A stretch of DNA of 64,000 bases from Bacteroidales bacterium (lineage in GTDB: Bacteria > Bacteroidota > Bacteroidia > Bacteroidales > WCHB1-69): assembly GCA_017549765.1 (NCBI GenBank), contig JAFYNM010000029.1, forward strand, positions 21,024 through 85,023. The letters are read 5' to 3'. Both the position numbers and the translations under genes were made by a program. Of the stretch, positions 55,597 through 64,000 are shown piece by piece. The first letter of the stretch is position 1; each line of letters opens with the position of its first letter. The notes beneath the pieces are model-generated. The model was not told the DNA's origin and searched no databases. It was given only the letters and a program-made list of their open reading frames with translations.

Positions 55597-56388
55597 TTAA
55601 TAATGCCTCAACTCCTCCGGTTCAAAATGGAAGACGGAGACCCTGATGTTGCGCTCGTCCCCATCCAGCAAGAACCATGGATTTCGGATAGGGTGGGCGG
55701 CGTTGCGCAGGATGTGGATTTCCCGGGCGGGTGTGTTGCCCTCCGCGCACATAACGGCAATCTTCCCGGCTCTGTTTTTGGCCACATCCACCACTATCAG
55801 GGCGTGGCCGTATTGGCGACCATCGCGTGCGGGATAGACCAGCACATCACCCGGCTGCACCTCATGGATGGCCCTGGGCTCCGTCTCGTGATACAGCGAG
55901 AAGGTGTTGCACACCCCATAGACTTTTTTCAGATACTGCTCGAACGCCTCTCTGTTTTTGCCGTCCTGATACTGCAATTTCTGGTAATTGACATCGGTGA
56001 AGCATATCTCCCCATATCGGCCTGTCTTGTACAGATACTCGGCCCGGAGCCTCATCGTGACGTCCGCACACTGCTCGGCGTTGGAGAGCAAAGGCATATC
56101 CACCACCGCCGTCGAGAGCCACTGATAATTGGCATCCCCGCCGGTATAAAGCTGTACTTTGCTGCCTTTGGGTTTCAGCGGCAAGGCGCGAAGAAAGGTG
56201 GTGTAGTCGCCCGCCTGCGCCGCCACACGTTTGTACCCGATGGGCGCGGGGATGTCGCCTACGCACGAGGCGTTCCACCGGTTGCTGGCCTGCGAGGATT
56301 TCATCCACCATACCCAAGCGCCTCCCGCCAGCAGTATGCCGAGGAGAACTACTAGAAGCACTATCCGCAGAGGCGATGATTTCCTCAT
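55597..56388 (-). CDS. DUF4846-like membrane-anchored protein
   Basis: 263 aa. N-terminal TM anchor. ..GDVLVYPARDGRQYGHALIVVDVA.. resembles DUF4846 from memory. The start ATG directly follows the ettA stop (TAAATG). Confidence 0.5.
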   Translation of the reverse strand: MRKSSPLRIVLLVVLLGILLAGGAWVWWMKSSQASNRWNASCVGDIPAPIGYKRVAAQAGDYTTFLRALPLKPKGSKVQLYTGGDANYQWLSTAVVDMPLLSNAEQCADVTMRLRAEYLYKTGRYGEICFTDVNYQKLQYQDGKNREAFEQYLKKVYGVCNTFSLYHETEPRAIHEVQPGDVLVYPARDGRQYGHALIVVDVAKNRAGKIAVMCAEGNTPAREIHILRNAAHPIRNPWFLLDGDERNIRVSVFHFEPEELRHY

Positions 56389-58068
<1,680 letters not shown>

Positions 58069-58094
58069 AGTGATGTGTTTTTGTAATGAGGCCG

Positions 58095-58102
58095 CAAAGT
58101 TA
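58095..58102 (-). promoter_or_regulatory. -7 promoter box (TAACTTTG on minus strand) for ettA
   Basis: Plus-strand CAAAGTTA, 27 nt upstream of the start at 58068. Confidence 0.55.
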
Positions 58103-58138
58103 CGAATTTTTTGTTGAATTGTAGGGAGAGGATTTGAG

Positions 58139-58162
58139 GAGTTAAGAAACTAAGAAGTTAAG
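58139..58162. repeat. octamer array GAGTTAAG AAACTAAG AAGTTAAG
   Basis: Three phased units, the reverse complements of the 27125-27169 units. Confidence 0.85.
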
Positions 58163-58171
58163 GGGTGCACT

Positions 58172-58211
58172 ATTCCCCTTCTTGAGAAGGGGTGCCCGAA
58201 GGGCGGGGTAG
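58172..58211 (-). repeat. 40-nt GC-rich hairpin element, copy 2 (inverted relative to 34670-34708)
   Basis: Its reverse complement CTACCCCGCCCTTCGGGCACCCCTTCTCAAGAAGGGGAAT matches copy 1 except for one inserted nucleotide. Confidence 0.85.
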
Positions 58212-58217
58212 TGGAGG

Positions 58218-58249
58218 GAGTCAAGAAACTAAGGAGTTAAGAAGATAAG
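58218..58249. repeat. octamer array GAGTCAAG AAACTAAG GAGTTAAG AAGATAAG
   Basis: Four phased units read directly. Confidence 0.85.
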
Positions 58250-58272
58250 AGGGTGTTGTCCTAGTTTATCCT

Positions 58273-58307
58273 TCTAACTGACAATTGACAACTGAAAACT
58301 GATAACT
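58273..58307. repeat. heptamer array TCTAACT GACAATT GACAACT GAAAACT GATAACT
   Basis: Five phased units from the same word family as 5205-5239. Confidence 0.85.
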
Positions 58308-58320
58308 TGAAAAAAATCAC

Positions 58321-58328
58321 TATCTTTG
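58321..58328 (+). promoter_or_regulatory. -7 promoter box TATCTTTG (msrA)
   Basis: Exact TAnnTTTG, 19 nt before the ATG at 58347. This argues against the 58326 ORF-track start. Confidence 0.55.
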
Positions 58329-58346
58329 CCCCCTGAATCACGAATT

Positions 58347-58862
58347 ATGAAACGTAAAGAGATCTACTTCGCTGGCGGCTGCTTCTGGGGCACGCAGCAC
58401 TTCTTCAAACAGATCGAGGGTGTCCTCAAGACGGAGACCGGCTTCGCCAACGGTCATACAGAAAACCCCACTTATCAGGAGGTCTATGCCGACACCACGG
58501 GCTTCGCCGAGACCGTCAAGGTGGTCTATGACGCCGAGCTGGTGGACCTTTCTTTCCTCCTCGACATGTTCTTCCACGCCATCGACCCGACGATGCTGAA
58601 CCAGCAGGGCCACGATTTGGGCACGCGCTACCGCACGGGCGTCTATTACACCGACGACGCAGAAAAGCTTGTGATCAGCGACTTCTTTCATCTCAAACAA
58701 CAGGAATACGACCTGCCGATCGTCACCGAGATAGAGAAACTGCAGAACTACTATCCCGCTGACGAGTATCATCAGGACTATCTTGACAAGCATCCGGACG
58801 GCTACTGCCATCTGCCCGTGGAGCTCTTCCGTTTTGCCAAAAATGCCAAAATGAAAAAGTAG
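58347..58862 (+). CDS. msrA: peptide-methionine (S)-S-oxide reductase
   Basis: GGCFWG active-site motif and the rest collinear with MsrA. Confidence 0.92.
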   Translation: MKRKEIYFAGGCFWGTQHFFKQIEGVLKTETGFANGHTENPTYQEVYADTTGFAETVKVVYDAELVDLSFLLDMFFHAIDPTMLNQQGHDLGTRYRTGVYYTDDAEKLVISDFFHLKQQEYDLPIVTEIEKLQNYYPADEYHQDYLDKHPDGYCHLPVELFRFAKNAKMKK

Positions 58863-58896
58863 GGGAGGGAGTATCCTTCGAAGCCTTCTTTTTATG

Positions 58897-58904
58897 TATA
58901 TTTG
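58897..58904 (+). promoter_or_regulatory. -7 promoter box TATATTTG (dcp-ligA)
   Basis: Exact TAnnTTTG, 23 nt before the ATG at 58927. Confidence 0.55.
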
Positions 58905-58926
58905 CACGCTTTAATTTTTAAAAGAT

Positions 58927-64000
<5,074 letters not shown>

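Overview
A roughly 55% GC chromosomal segment that looks like a Bacteroidales genome (Prevotella/Porphyromonas-like; taxonomy is inferred). The signs are: no Shine-Dalgarno use, exact TAnnTTTG -7 promoter boxes ahead of many transcription units, lipoprotein signals, a T9SS C-terminal sorting domain, and the DUF5686, DUF5689 and DUF4846 families. About 60 protein genes are supported. Most are housekeeping: recX, prfB with its programmed +1 frameshift, prs, thiL, ispG, pgi, ribBA, mtgA, kbl, a PPi-type phosphofructokinase, murA, rfbA, ettA, msrA, dcp and ligA. Between them lie envelope and accessory loci. (1) A minus-strand run of HlyD, two ABC ATPases, two ABC-2 permeases, an ATP-grasp enzyme, an L,D-transpeptidase and an SF1 helicase. 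(2) A TonB-dependent-like barrel with two paralogous DUF5689 lipoproteins. (3) An ECF-sigma-headed cluster of seven envelope proteins. (4) A low-GC two-gene islet encoding secreted proteins of unknown function. (5) A 2017-aa T9SS surface protein built from two 1.86-kb super-repeats around a CUB-like domain. I saw no rRNA, tRNA, CRISPR, transposase, integrase or phage genes. I cannot point to a clear-cut new defence or secretion system. The most unusual signal is non-coding. Many intergenic spacers consist of phased, degenerate tandem arrays of 7-nt (sometimes 8-nt) AT-rich words, and nearly all of the units carry a stop triplet. The arrays often contain the stop codon of the upstream gene and run up to the next start codon. 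In the ECF cluster and the ettA/msrA spacer they sit beside GC-rich hairpin repeat elements. All functional readings of these repeats are inference and need genome-wide and comparative checks.
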